From: Candidatus Moraniibacteriota bacterium
GTDB lineage: Bacteria > Patescibacteriota > Minisyncoccia > Moranbacterales > GCA-2747515
DNA: 64,000 bases
Direction of reading: 5' to 3'
Assembly: GCA_046116545.1 (NCBI GenBank)
Contig: CP175956.1
Span: forward strand, 1,558 to 65,557
Shown: in pieces, positions 9,631 through 18,173 of the stretch
How the letters are laid out: each line of letters opens with the position of its first letter
Position numbering within the stretch: position 1 is the stretch's first letter
Notes under the pieces: generated by a model
Databases searched by the model: none
What the model saw: only the letters and a program-made list of their open reading frames with translations
What the model was told of the DNA's origin: nothing
Position numbers and translations under genes: made by a program

Positions 9631-9657
9631 TTTTTCTCCTGTAAAAAGGTTCTCCCG

Positions 9658-10125
9658 TTACTCTTCAACTCCACAAAAAAATCCGGAGCCTGAAGATTTC
9701 ATTGATTTACTGTTAACCATTTCTATATCCAATAATGGATTCCACTGAAAATATTCCAGTGCATCGCGATCTTTCATGTTAGTAACTATCACGATACTTT
9801 TTGGCTTAACTTCTTCTTTTGCCCATCTGTGCCCGCCTATAAACTGGTTAAAACCCGCTTTTAATGCTTCACAGATTTCTTTACGAGTTTTTGTTGTGCG
9901 AGGCATATTATTATACCCTACTGTAAAGAGTTCCAAAATTTCAACAGTTACAAGTTCGCCAGAATTCTCCTGTATTATAAACCCAGGCTTATAAATACGA
10001 GGGAATACATTTTCAGGCTCAATGTCTAATGACTCAATTGAAGAAACCCACGTTTTAATTCCAGTAATTAACTTCAGATTAGTTTCATCTGTAATGACAA
10101 GTCCTTTTAAATCAAAAATTGGCAT
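9658..10125 (-). CDS. Tautomerase-superfamily paralogue (N-terminal MPIFDLKGL...)
   Basis: 155 aa. The N-terminus is paralogous to the 9112 gene. The promoter is TTGACA-17-TATATT at 10198-10226 and there is an RBS GGAGG. Confidence 0.4.
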   Translation of the reverse strand: MPIFDLKGLVITDETNLKLITGIKTWVSSIESLDIEPENVFPRIYKPGFIIQENSGELVTVEILELFTVGYNNMPRTTKTRKEICEALKAGFNQFIGGHRWAKEEVKPKSIVIVTNMKDRDALEYFQWNPLLDIEMVNSKSMKSSGSGFFCGVEE

Positions 10126-10197
10126 TTCTAATTTCCTCCTATAAAATATTTTAATTGACTCAAAAAATGAGTGTTTATTAAAAAACTACAACGTTTA

Positions 10198-10226
10198 AAT
10201 ATACCAAAAAAACATCATTTTGTCAA
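10198..10226 (-). promoter_or_regulatory. Consensus sigma-70 promoter (TTGACA-17-TATATT) of the cassette gene 9658-10125
   Basis: A near-identical promoter copy is at 9183-9211. The -35 is embedded in the conserved block ATATTCGAACCGATTGACAAA. Confidence 0.55.
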
Positions 10227-10499
10227 TCGGTTCGAATATGCCCAAATGTCCGACTTGGGGTAAAAGAAAAAATCCCCATTTAAAGGGATTTTCTTAACCG
10301 CTCCCCGACTCGAGTTAGAACTTTTAAGATCCTTACTCTGTAAGGCTTTTCCAGCTATCGATTTGCACATACTCCAACGCGTCCTGAGCAGACGCAAAAA
10401 GTTACAAAAGTGACACAATATTACACATAAAGTTACAAACCACTGTAACTTACTATCACTAATTAAGTTTTATAAAAATAGATAATAATCTTGATGTGG

Positions 10500-11414
10500 C
10501 TACTTACCTCTTTTGCATCGAGGTGTACGTTTAGCTATATCTGGGACTCCTGGACCCGGAGATATAATGCTTGTTGATTTGACATTTTTAAGCTCGTCGA
10601 CTAATTTTGCCATTGGAATGCCTGTCTTTTTGTGTTTTTCACAAAGATTCGCTATATCCTCTCCCGACATTGTTGTACCTGAATCAGCCATAACTAGTGT
10701 GGAAGTATGTAGCATGGAATCATCATAATCATCAGATCTTACCATATAATCCAGGAGCTCTTCTGGAGACAATTCGTCTAACAATCCTTGCATGCCTACA
10801 CCCTGAACATGATGAATTCCAATTTTATTTATCTTTCCTTCACCTACTGAAAAAGCGAGGTAGTCCTCATCATGAAACGGAATATGAAACCCATTATAAT
10901 TAATTCTTACATTACCATCCACTTTCATCTGAAAATGATAATGTGGTTCCTTGCCTGTTTTTCTGTCGTGGTGTCCATGATAGTCTGATTTCGCACAAGA
11001 AAATGACCATTCTATATTTTTATATTTTATGGTAGTTTCAACTTTTTTATTTGATGATTTCTCCTCAACTAAATCATTAATGTTTTTCATTGGATCTTCC
11101 GCATTTGCTACCCAACGGAGATATGCGTCTATTCTGTGAAAGCTATATTTTTCATATAGCAAAGGAAAATATTTTTTCTTAAAACCTTTTGTTTTGAGAA
11201 ACCAATGCAAACAGGGCTTTTTTACACTAAAATGAGAAAGTTTATATCCACAAATGCTACAATCTCCAGACTTAAGAGCATTCTCCAATTCCAAAAAATC
11301 CTTCTCAGCTTTTGTAATCTCTTTATCATTTTTTTCTCTAATTTCCTCATCACTCATGCTATCTAAAAAATTATTGAGTGCTGCATTTCTTCTTTCTGCT
11401 TCAATCCAATCCAT
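10500..11414 (-). CDS. Hypothetical His/Cys-rich (putative Zn-binding) protein; last gene of a five-gene operon
   Basis: 304 aa. Contains a CSICGYKLSHFSVKKPCLHWF Zn-finger-like motif and His clusters (HGHHDRK, PHYHF, IGIHHVQG). Confidence 0.45.
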   Translation of the reverse strand: MDWIEAERRNAALNNFLDSMSDEEIREKNDKEITKAEKDFLELENALKSGDCSICGYKLSHFSVKKPCLHWFLKTKGFKKKYFPLLYEKYSFHRIDAYLRWVANAEDPMKNINDLVEEKSSNKKVETTIKYKNIEWSFSCAKSDYHGHHDRKTGKEPHYHFQMKVDGNVRINYNGFHIPFHDEDYLAFSVGEGKINKIGIHHVQGVGMQGLLDELSPEELLDYMVRSDDYDDSMLHTSTLVMADSGTTMSGEDIANLCEKHKKTGIPMAKLVDELKNVKSTSIISPGPGVPDIAKRTPRCKRGK

Positions 11415-11432
11415 AAAAAATTATTTTAAAAA

Positions 11433-11984
11433 CTACTTACCAAATATTTCAAAAATGAAACAACCTAATGACAAAATAAATACTAAAACACAAATCCATG
11501 ATGAAATAGTGAAGAACATCAAACCTTTTTTATTTTGCAATTTCTCATTAATCTTTTGAATTTTTTCATCACCTTTCTTTGCACTTCCATAAACTTCAAC
11601 ACCACTCAAAATCAATGTTCCAAAAAAATCTGCAAAATTATTATTTTGCAAAAAATCTTTATTAGAAAAATTCGTCAGCACATCTAAATAAAAATCATTT
11701 TTAATATTATTTACATCTTGCGACAATTCTTTGAATAAACGAATTCTCTTTCTCTCTATTCGAATGATCAAAAACAACAATAAAAGCGATATAATAATAA
11801 CAGAAATAAATCCAATCAATCCCCATTTAACATAACCTGATACGACAAATTCTCCATTGAAAACAAAAACACCAAGTATTGCAGCAGAAATGACTGCCAT
11901 ACTTTTAAATAATTCTCTCTCCTGCTTGATGTTATCACTTTCCAAATCAAATATATGATTTAAGTTTTCTTTCTCACTTCTCAT
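11433..11984 (-). CDS. Hypothetical membrane protein
   Basis: 183 aa with 2-3 predicted TM segments. It starts 19 nt after the stop of the upstream gene. Confidence 0.45.
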   Translation of the reverse strand: MRSEKENLNHIFDLESDNIKQERELFKSMAVISAAILGVFVFNGEFVVSGYVKWGLIGFISVIIISLLLLFLIIRIERKRIRLFKELSQDVNNIKNDFYLDVLTNFSNKDFLQNNNFADFFGTLILSGVEVYGSAKKGDEKIQKINEKLQNKKGLMFFTISSWICVLVFILSLGCFIFEIFGK

Positions 11985-12004
11985 AGTTTACGATCAAATA
12001 ATTA

Positions 12005-13069
12005 TTATTTCCTTTCCCTTTTCAATAGTTCAACAACATCATCTTCACCCTCATAACCTCTTAGTCTCCCTTGTAAAATTCCCATTCTATATGTGATTCC
12101 ATCACTCATCAATCGCCAATTTGTTTTCTTGAGATCTTTCTGAATAATTTTTGTTAATTCCATTCTACTATCAAACTCTTCTCGATCTTTTTTATTGTCC
12201 TGCACTGTAAATGGAATGACTACATTCCGTCCAATCTCTGGCGAAAGAAAATTAAGGTGACCATAATTATTCTTTTTTATTATATCCTTTACCAGTTTCT
12301 CTAATTCAGATACCTTTAATCTTTGTATTTTTTCTACTGCATCATAAATGTCTTTTTGATTCTTTCTTTCCTCGATATCTTTTGATAACTCTTTCCAAGA
12401 TTCCATATCTCTCAAAAACTCTTCTCCATCAGATGCTGATACACAACATTCTGCACGGAGTCTTTCAAATTCTTTTTCCTCTTCTTTTTCTTCTTTTTTT
12501 TCTGAAAGATCTATTTCAATATTTTCCTCATGTCCACACTGTAAACATTTATGTGTTGATTTCAATAATGATTGATTACTATCATCATCTATAACAGTAA
12601 CAGCTCCATTACATTCTATGCATCTAGGATCATATTTCCACAAAGCCCCATCTTCCCAATAGGACTGTCTTTTTTTACACGCATCACACACAAGTAAAAA
12701 TAGGACGGATCTGGTGCCATCTTTTTTATTCATCAGATCTCGTGATTCTTCTTTTAAATTTCTGTTACTACAATCAATACAGGACACATTTGGGATAACG
12801 GTATTCAACAAACGATCATCGCTGTCTTTATCTTTTTCCATCCATTTTGTAATTGTATTATTTCTTCTACCAGCTCTTTCCAATTTCATAATCTCAATCA
12901 ATACCCAGTATGCACGTTTTAATTCCTTATCTTTTTTCTTATCATTTGTTTTTTTAATAGATCTGTATGTATCTGCAATCGACAAACATTCATCTATTGT
13001 TTGTTTATCATATAGTTTTTCGTAATAGGATCGATCTTGCAGATATATAATCATAATCACATTTAGCAA
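12005..13069 (-). CDS. Hypothetical protein with two CxxC...CxxC zinc-ribbon motifs and an acidic coiled-coil
   Basis: 354 aa. Zinc-ribbon motifs CIDC...CDAC and CIEC...CLQC; a KEEKEEEKE-rich helix. Overlaps the upstream gene by 7 nt. Confidence 0.45.
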   Translation of the reverse strand: MLNVIMIIYLQDRSYYEKLYDKQTIDECLSIADTYRSIKKTNDKKKDKELKRAYWVLIEIMKLERAGRRNNTITKWMEKDKDSDDRLLNTVIPNVSCIDCSNRNLKEESRDLMNKKDGTRSVLFLLVCDACKKRQSYWEDGALWKYDPRCIECNGAVTVIDDDSNQSLLKSTHKCLQCGHEENIEIDLSEKKEEKEEEKEFERLRAECCVSASDGEEFLRDMESWKELSKDIEERKNQKDIYDAVEKIQRLKVSELEKLVKDIIKKNNYGHLNFLSPEIGRNVVIPFTVQDNKKDREEFDSRMELTKIIQKDLKKTNWRLMSDGITYRMGILQGRLRGYEGEDDVVELLKRERK

Positions 13070-13983
13070 TTTGAGACAGATTCATGATTGGATGATGCTT
13101 TTTCTGTAAAAAATGTCATATTTCCATTATTATCAATTTCTACAAAAACATCACCATTACTCCTTGTTGTAAGCGTCTTCCCAAAAAAATAATCTTGACT
13201 TTTTAGAGACTTGTATTTAACTCCTTTCGAATGCTCAGCGTATCTTGTTGAAACATCTGTATCATCTTTTTCCGACTCACTCGCTTTTGATAAAATCACT
13301 ATTTCAACATCACCAGTAAGATTAAAAAGTGTCGTTGGAAAACCTGACTTATGTCCGTGGTGAGGTGCGATTAAAATATCCACACCATCCTGCATTGCAT
13401 TTATAAAATTTTGATCATTTTTTGCTAGCCATTCCCAGCCTTCTGTCTCCAAGTCGCCACCAAATAAAATCTTCTTACCACCATATTTGATAAGACGTAT
13501 CATGCTGGAGTTATTTTTCACTTTTTTTGAAAGTTCTTCATTTTTTAAAATTTCGTCTATTCCAATAGAAAACACATTTTCTGGATCAAAACCCCATAAA
13601 ATAGTTTCTGGATTTTTTCCTCTATACTTCTTATCAATAAGTTCTTTATATTCTTCATGGATATTCTCATCTCTGGGAAACTCCTCATACTCTCTCTTAC
13701 AAACAAGGTATGGCTCTAACGCTTCTTTCACTTTTTTTGCATTTCTGACATGATCATCATCAGGGTGTGTAATATGCAACAGAGACAGAGGATACTGTCT
13801 CCCAAATCTCGTCTCATATGGTTTCATCCCCAGCCAATTCTTATAAGTACCATTGATAAAATCCACAGGACATCCCTTTTCAGAATGACTGCCACAATCA
13901 ACCATCAAACCATTTCCATTAGGGCAAACAGCCAAGCTACATGCCGCATTATTAACATCAAACACTATCAATTTTGTACTCAT
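13063..13983 (-). CDS. ComEC/Rec2-like metallo-beta-lactamase-fold hydrolase (putative nuclease)
   Basis: 306 aa. Motifs LIVFDVNNAACSLAVCPNGNGLMVDCGS, LLHITHPDDDH (HxHxDH-type) and ILIAPHHGHKSG are typical of the ComEC C-terminal MBL domain. Confidence 0.65.
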   Translation of the reverse strand: MSTKLIVFDVNNAACSLAVCPNGNGLMVDCGSHSEKGCPVDFINGTYKNWLGMKPYETRFGRQYPLSLLHITHPDDDHVRNAKKVKEALEPYLVCKREYEEFPRDENIHEEYKELIDKKYRGKNPETILWGFDPENVFSIGIDEILKNEELSKKVKNNSSMIRLIKYGGKKILFGGDLETEGWEWLAKNDQNFINAMQDGVDILIAPHHGHKSGFPTTLFNLTGDVEIVILSKASESEKDDTDVSTRYAEHSKGVKYKSLKSQDYFFGKTLTTRSNGDVFVEIDNNGNMTFFTEKASSNHESVSNC

Positions 13984-13985
13984 AT

Positions 13986-14642
13986 TTATTTATTACTTTT
14001 TAAATTTAATAAAACTGTTTTAAAAACAAGTCCCCTAGCAATTCCACGAGTTCGCCACCAAAATAACAGAAAGATAGACAGATTCACTATAACAAGCACC
14101 CAACTATTACTCAAAAATGCAAAAATAGTCAAAAACAAAAATTCAATCATAATTACACGAGAGAATAAATAATTTCTATTCACCACCCTCATTTCTTCCT
14201 GATCACTTACACTCGAATATAACTTCCAAAAAATATCTTGTGATAATTTATCATCTTCTTTTTGTTTTCGAAAAAATGACAAATCAGAATATTCTTTATC
14301 AAAAATTTTCAACTGATTCTTTGGGAAATCCAAAATATGAATAATCTCACCTCTTTGATAATCACTTTTCAAAATAGGATTCTCCTTGTATAAAAAAATA
14401 TGTGATGGTCTTCTACGCTTAAAAAATATATCAACGACCCATTCAAGCGCATGTGCAACAGTCTGCAATAATTCCCCAACAATAAAAGCTGAACAGAAAA
14501 ATAAAAATGTATACAAAAAATCTAGATCTCCTGCAATATGCACTTGATAATTTTTGGCAAAAAAAAGAAAAATAGCAGCAATAAAAAATCCACCAGGCAT
14601 TACACGTATCAAGAGCTCATCAATTGTAAATTTATTAGTCAT
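13986..14642 (-). CDS. Hypothetical membrane protein (first gene of the five-gene operon)
   Basis: 218 aa with N- and C-terminal TM pairs. Its stop lies 3 nt before the MBL gene start. Confidence 0.45.
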   Translation of the reverse strand: MTNKFTIDELLIRVMPGGFFIAAIFLFFAKNYQVHIAGDLDFLYTFLFFCSAFIVGELLQTVAHALEWVVDIFFKRRRPSHIFLYKENPILKSDYQRGEIIHILDFPKNQLKIFDKEYSDLSFFRKQKEDDKLSQDIFWKLYSSVSDQEEMRVVNRNYLFSRVIMIEFLFLTIFAFLSNSWVLVIVNLSIFLLFWWRTRGIARGLVFKTVLLNLKSNK

Positions 14643-14695
14643 ATTCTGTATTAATATTTTTTATCTCGTGGTAAATGGAGATTATTTATTACTTA

Positions 14696-15316
14696 TTAAC
14701 ATAAATCCCCTGGAAGTGATGTCACTACCACCCCTTGTATCACACAATTTTCTGTTAATATAATTGGTTTATGTTTTTTCTTGCTTGACTTCGGACGAAG
14801 AATGACAACTTCATCAGTTTGTTCAAAAAACTTTACTGTTGCCTCATCATTAATCAATGCAACTACTTTGTCTCCTTTTTCCGCAGTTGACTGCTTACGT
14901 ATAAGTAGTAAATCACCTCCATTTATACCTGCAAGATTCATTGAACTTCCCTTTGCTCGCAAGAGAAAATATTCAAAGCCTTTTTTTGCAAGCTTTGTTG
15001 AAACAGGTATTTTTGCTTGAATGTTCTCTTTAGCAAATATTGGTGTCCCACAAGCAACTGAACCTACTAAAGGAATGTCTATTGTGCTTATGGATTGTAT
15101 TGGCTGTGTATTGGTAAGAATAAGACTTCTGCCATTTTTTTTAATCAAATTTGCCTTAATGAGACGATCCACAACCAAACTTGCAGAACGTGGCGATTTG
15201 CCTCCTGTTATTTCATTAATTTCTCGCAAAGAAGGACTCTCTCCATAATGAACAATCCTATTACGAATTAATGCATATGCCTTTTTGTCTTTGTCACTCA
15301 AGTTATTTTTTATCAT
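14696..15316 (-). CDS. LexA/CI-like S24-family transcriptional repressor (prophage-type repressor)
   Basis: N-terminal wHTH (SLREINEITGGKSPRSASLVVDRLIKANLIKK) and a C-terminal S24 peptidase domain (AKGSSMNLAGINGGDLLLIRKQ...GDKVVALINDEATVKFF). It is divergent from the 15400 gene. The start was set at the MIKNN Met. Confidence 0.75.
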   Translation of the reverse strand: MIKNNLSDKDKKAYALIRNRIVHYGESPSLREINEITGGKSPRSASLVVDRLIKANLIKKNGRSLILTNTQPIQSISTIDIPLVGSVACGTPIFAKENIQAKIPVSTKLAKKGFEYFLLRAKGSSMNLAGINGGDLLLIRKQSTAEKGDKVVALINDEATVKFFEQTDEVVILRPKSSKKKHKPIILTENCVIQGVVVTSLPGDLC

Positions 15317-15399
15317 AGTATAAGAAGTATACACTGCCCTATACAAAATTGCAAGCTTCTGCTAGTATGAACATGAATAAATAATCTTCAAAAAACTTT

Positions 15400-16347
15400 A
15401 TGTCAAAAAAAATTCCACAAACTATTGAAAACCAAATAAACACCTACATTCCACAAATACCAGTTGCTTTAAATTCTACATTACCTGATATCACCCTTTT
15501 CAAAGATGTTCATAAGGATATGCAACTAATGCAAACAGCATTAAAACCACAAATGGATTTGCTGCGTAATACAGCAATACAACTATCCAATACCTCAAAC
15601 ACATTTTTAAAACTTGTTGATTTTTCCTATATCACTAAACAACTTACACAACTTCAAAAAGAAAGTGATCGTATTAAAAAAAATATGCGTATTTTTATCT
15701 CTCCCACTTCTATTATCTATCCTCCCGAACCATCAATAGAATATATAGTAGCGCCTCCTCCACCAATTACACTTTCACGCGAACAAGAAGATCGCATTGC
15801 ACAAAAAACTGCAATTTTATTAAGTGAACAACTCAGCCAAGATCACTCCAAAACTGTGCACTCGCTTCCAGAGCCTTTAATTCAACTACCTGCTAATGCT
15901 GTGTGGGAGAATATAGTGATTTCTTTTGAGACTGAAGATAGTGTTGTAATACACTGTAAAAACATGTATTTAGGTAAATACACCGATCTAGATTTATCTT
16001 TCACAAAAAACAAAAGATGCTCCCAATCTTGGCTCTTACTTTATGCTCTTTCTGCGTATGAAGTCAAAGGAGTTGATAGTATAGCTACAGTAAAAACTCT
16101 TGTAGACTCAGGATTTTTTAACAATTCGGCAATAGTTCATGCTACCAGATCTAATCTTGTAAAACACTTAATGAATACTTTTGGAATTCATGACGATCCT
16201 TTTTACAACTATAAAGAATATGGTGGATATAAACCCAAATTTATTCTAAAACCCCTACCTGACCTGCGTGGAAATGGCAATATTCACACACAATCAGGAA
16301 GTCATGATCTAAGAACCGAGAATTATAATGATGACCATCTTTACTAA
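15400..16347 (+). CDS. Hypothetical protein (divergent from the repressor; first gene of the phage-like rightward module)
   Basis: 315-aa ORF followed by an intrinsic terminator at 16348-16377. Confidence 0.45.
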   Translation: MSKKIPQTIENQINTYIPQIPVALNSTLPDITLFKDVHKDMQLMQTALKPQMDLLRNTAIQLSNTSNTFLKLVDFSYITKQLTQLQKESDRIKKNMRIFISPTSIIYPPEPSIEYIVAPPPPITLSREQEDRIAQKTAILLSEQLSQDHSKTVHSLPEPLIQLPANAVWENIVISFETEDSVVIHCKNMYLGKYTDLDLSFTKNKRCSQSWLLLYALSAYEVKGVDSIATVKTLVDSGFFNNSAIVHATRSNLVKHLMNTFGIHDDPFYNYKEYGGYKPKFILKPLPDLRGNGNIHTQSGSHDLRTENYNDDHLY

Positions 16348-16377
16348 AGCTCACTAAAAATTTAGTGAGCTTTTTTA
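16348..16377 (+). terminator. Rho-independent terminator
   Basis: Hairpin AGCTCACTAAAAATTTAGTGAGCT followed by TTTTTT. Confidence 0.6.
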
Positions 16378-16477
16378 TTAGTTCAAGTCATATAAATCCC
16401 TTTATTATGGGATTTTTTTCATTTCACTAAAATTTTAGTATATAGAGTGAAGACTTATTAAATATTAAAACAACCAT

Positions 16478-17764
16478 ATGTCTCAACAACAATTGGTCTG
16501 GTGCACCACAAAGCGCCGTGTTGATGAACTTGTACCTCAAGAGATCAATCCACGTACAATTTCTGACAAGCAAATGTCAGATCTAAAAAAGTCATTGAGG
16601 AAATATAACTTGGTCGAAATTCCTGTTGTGGATTTGGATAACAAAATACTTGCAGGACACCAAAGACTCCTTGCACTAAAAATCCTAGGGCGAGGGACTG
16701 AAACAATTGATGTACGTATTCCTAATCGTGCACTTACTAAAAAAGAATCTGAGCAATATCTCATCGCTAGTAATAAACTTGGTGGCGACTGGGACTACGA
16801 CTTACTCAAACACTTTGATTTAGATATCCTATCAGATGCAGGATTTGATGATATGGAACTTGTCTCGTTTTGGGACAAAGATAATGAATCTATCGATGAT
16901 GATTTTGAAACAACAAAGGAACTAAATAAGATTCATTCCCCTGTCACAAAACGTGGTGACCTTATCATTATGGGAAAACACAAACTTCTTTGTGCAAGTG
17001 CAACTGATCCTGATGCAGTAAAAAATCTTTTTGGAAAAGATAAAGTTGCAATGTATTATAGCGACCCACCTTACAATATTGCTCTTGACTATAACAAAGG
17101 TGTTGGCAATAAAGCAAACTATGGTGGTGATGTTGATGATGATAAATCACCTAAAGACTACAAATTATTTATAAAACAAGCACTAGAAAATGCTATTTCA
17201 GTATCACAAAAAGATCTACACATTTTCATGTGGTGTGATGAAGCTTGGGTATGGGTATTTCAAACTCTCTACAATGACCTTGGTATAAGAAATCGTAGAT
17301 TGAATGTGTGGTTAAAAAATAATGCATCTCCCTGCCCTGATGTCGCATTTAATAAGGTACTTGAATATTGTTGTTATGGCACACTAGGAAAGCCATTTCT
17401 TTCAAAAAACCTTACAAATCTCAATGAAGTAATGAATAGGGATGCTGGTACAGGCAATGACCTACATGATTATGTTACAAATGTCTGGGCAGTAAAACGA
17501 CTAGCTGGTAATAAATATAGTCATCCGACAGAAAAAAATCCTGAACTTCATGAAAAAGCAATTAAACGATGTACAAAACCTGGTGATATTATTTTTGATT
17601 CCTTTTCTGGATCAGCTAGTACCATGATTTGTGCACATCAGCTTGATCGTATTGTATACGCAACAGAGACTTCCGAGGTCTTCTGTGATTTAGCGATTCA
17701 AAGATACGAGAAGCTTACAGGAGATAAAGTAAAAATTATAAAAAAATTCTATGAAGAAAAATAA
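16478..17764 (+). CDS. ParB-like nuclease domain fused to a DNA N6-adenine/N4-cytosine methyltransferase (phage-type DNA modification methylase)
   Basis: 428 aa. The N-terminal ParB/Srx-like region is KILAGHQRLLALKILG. The methyltransferase motif IV is SDPPYN and motif I is FDSFSGSAST (beta-class order IV...I). Confidence 0.75.
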   Translation: MSQQQLVWCTTKRRVDELVPQEINPRTISDKQMSDLKKSLRKYNLVEIPVVDLDNKILAGHQRLLALKILGRGTETIDVRIPNRALTKKESEQYLIASNKLGGDWDYDLLKHFDLDILSDAGFDDMELVSFWDKDNESIDDDFETTKELNKIHSPVTKRGDLIIMGKHKLLCASATDPDAVKNLFGKDKVAMYYSDPPYNIALDYNKGVGNKANYGGDVDDDKSPKDYKLFIKQALENAISVSQKDLHIFMWCDEAWVWVFQTLYNDLGIRNRRLNVWLKNNASPCPDVAFNKVLEYCCYGTLGKPFLSKNLTNLNEVMNRDAGTGNDLHDYVTNVWAVKRLAGNKYSHPTEKNPELHEKAIKRCTKPGDIIFDSFSGSASTMICAHQLDRIVYATETSEVFCDLAIQRYEKLTGDKVKIIKKFYEEK

Positions 17765-18173
17765 ATTAACAAAGCAATTTCTTGAAGAGTTGCGCAAGGT
17801 GCCAATTGTACAAGTTGCTTGTGAAAAAACTGGAATTTCACGCAATAGTGTTTATCGCTGGCGACGTGAAGATAAAAAATTTGCGACACAAATGGATGAA
17901 GCTCTCTCTGATGGTGTTGCCTTCGTAAATGATATGTCAGAAAGCCAACTACTTACCATGATCAAAGAAAAAAATTGGTCAGCAATTAGTTTTTGGTTAA
18001 GACATCGTAATGACAATTACAAAAACAAAGTAGAAATTACTACAAAGGAAGATGTTGAAGAGCTAACACCTTCTCAACAAAAGATTGTGAAGCAAGCTCT
18101 AAAACTTGCATCGCTTAATAAAACTAACTCTATAAATAATTTAAAGAAAAGATATGACAAAAAGAAAAACTAA
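17751..18173 (+). CDS. Phage terminase small subunit (HTH-containing)
   Basis: 140 aa. HTH VACEKTGISRNSVYRWRRE. It overlaps the upstream methylase gene by 14 nt and terL by 20 nt. Confidence 0.55.
   Translation: MKKNKLTKQFLEELRKVPIVQVACEKTGISRNSVYRWRREDKKFATQMDEALSDGVAFVNDMSESQLLTMIKEKNWSAISFWLRHRNDNYKNKVEITTKEDVEELTPSQQKIVKQALKLASLNKTNSINNLKKRYDKKKN

Noticed and set aside
10215-10418. 67-aa ORF
   Set aside because: It lies entirely within the repeated intergenic cassette (hairpin plus promoter block) and has no RBS; spurious.
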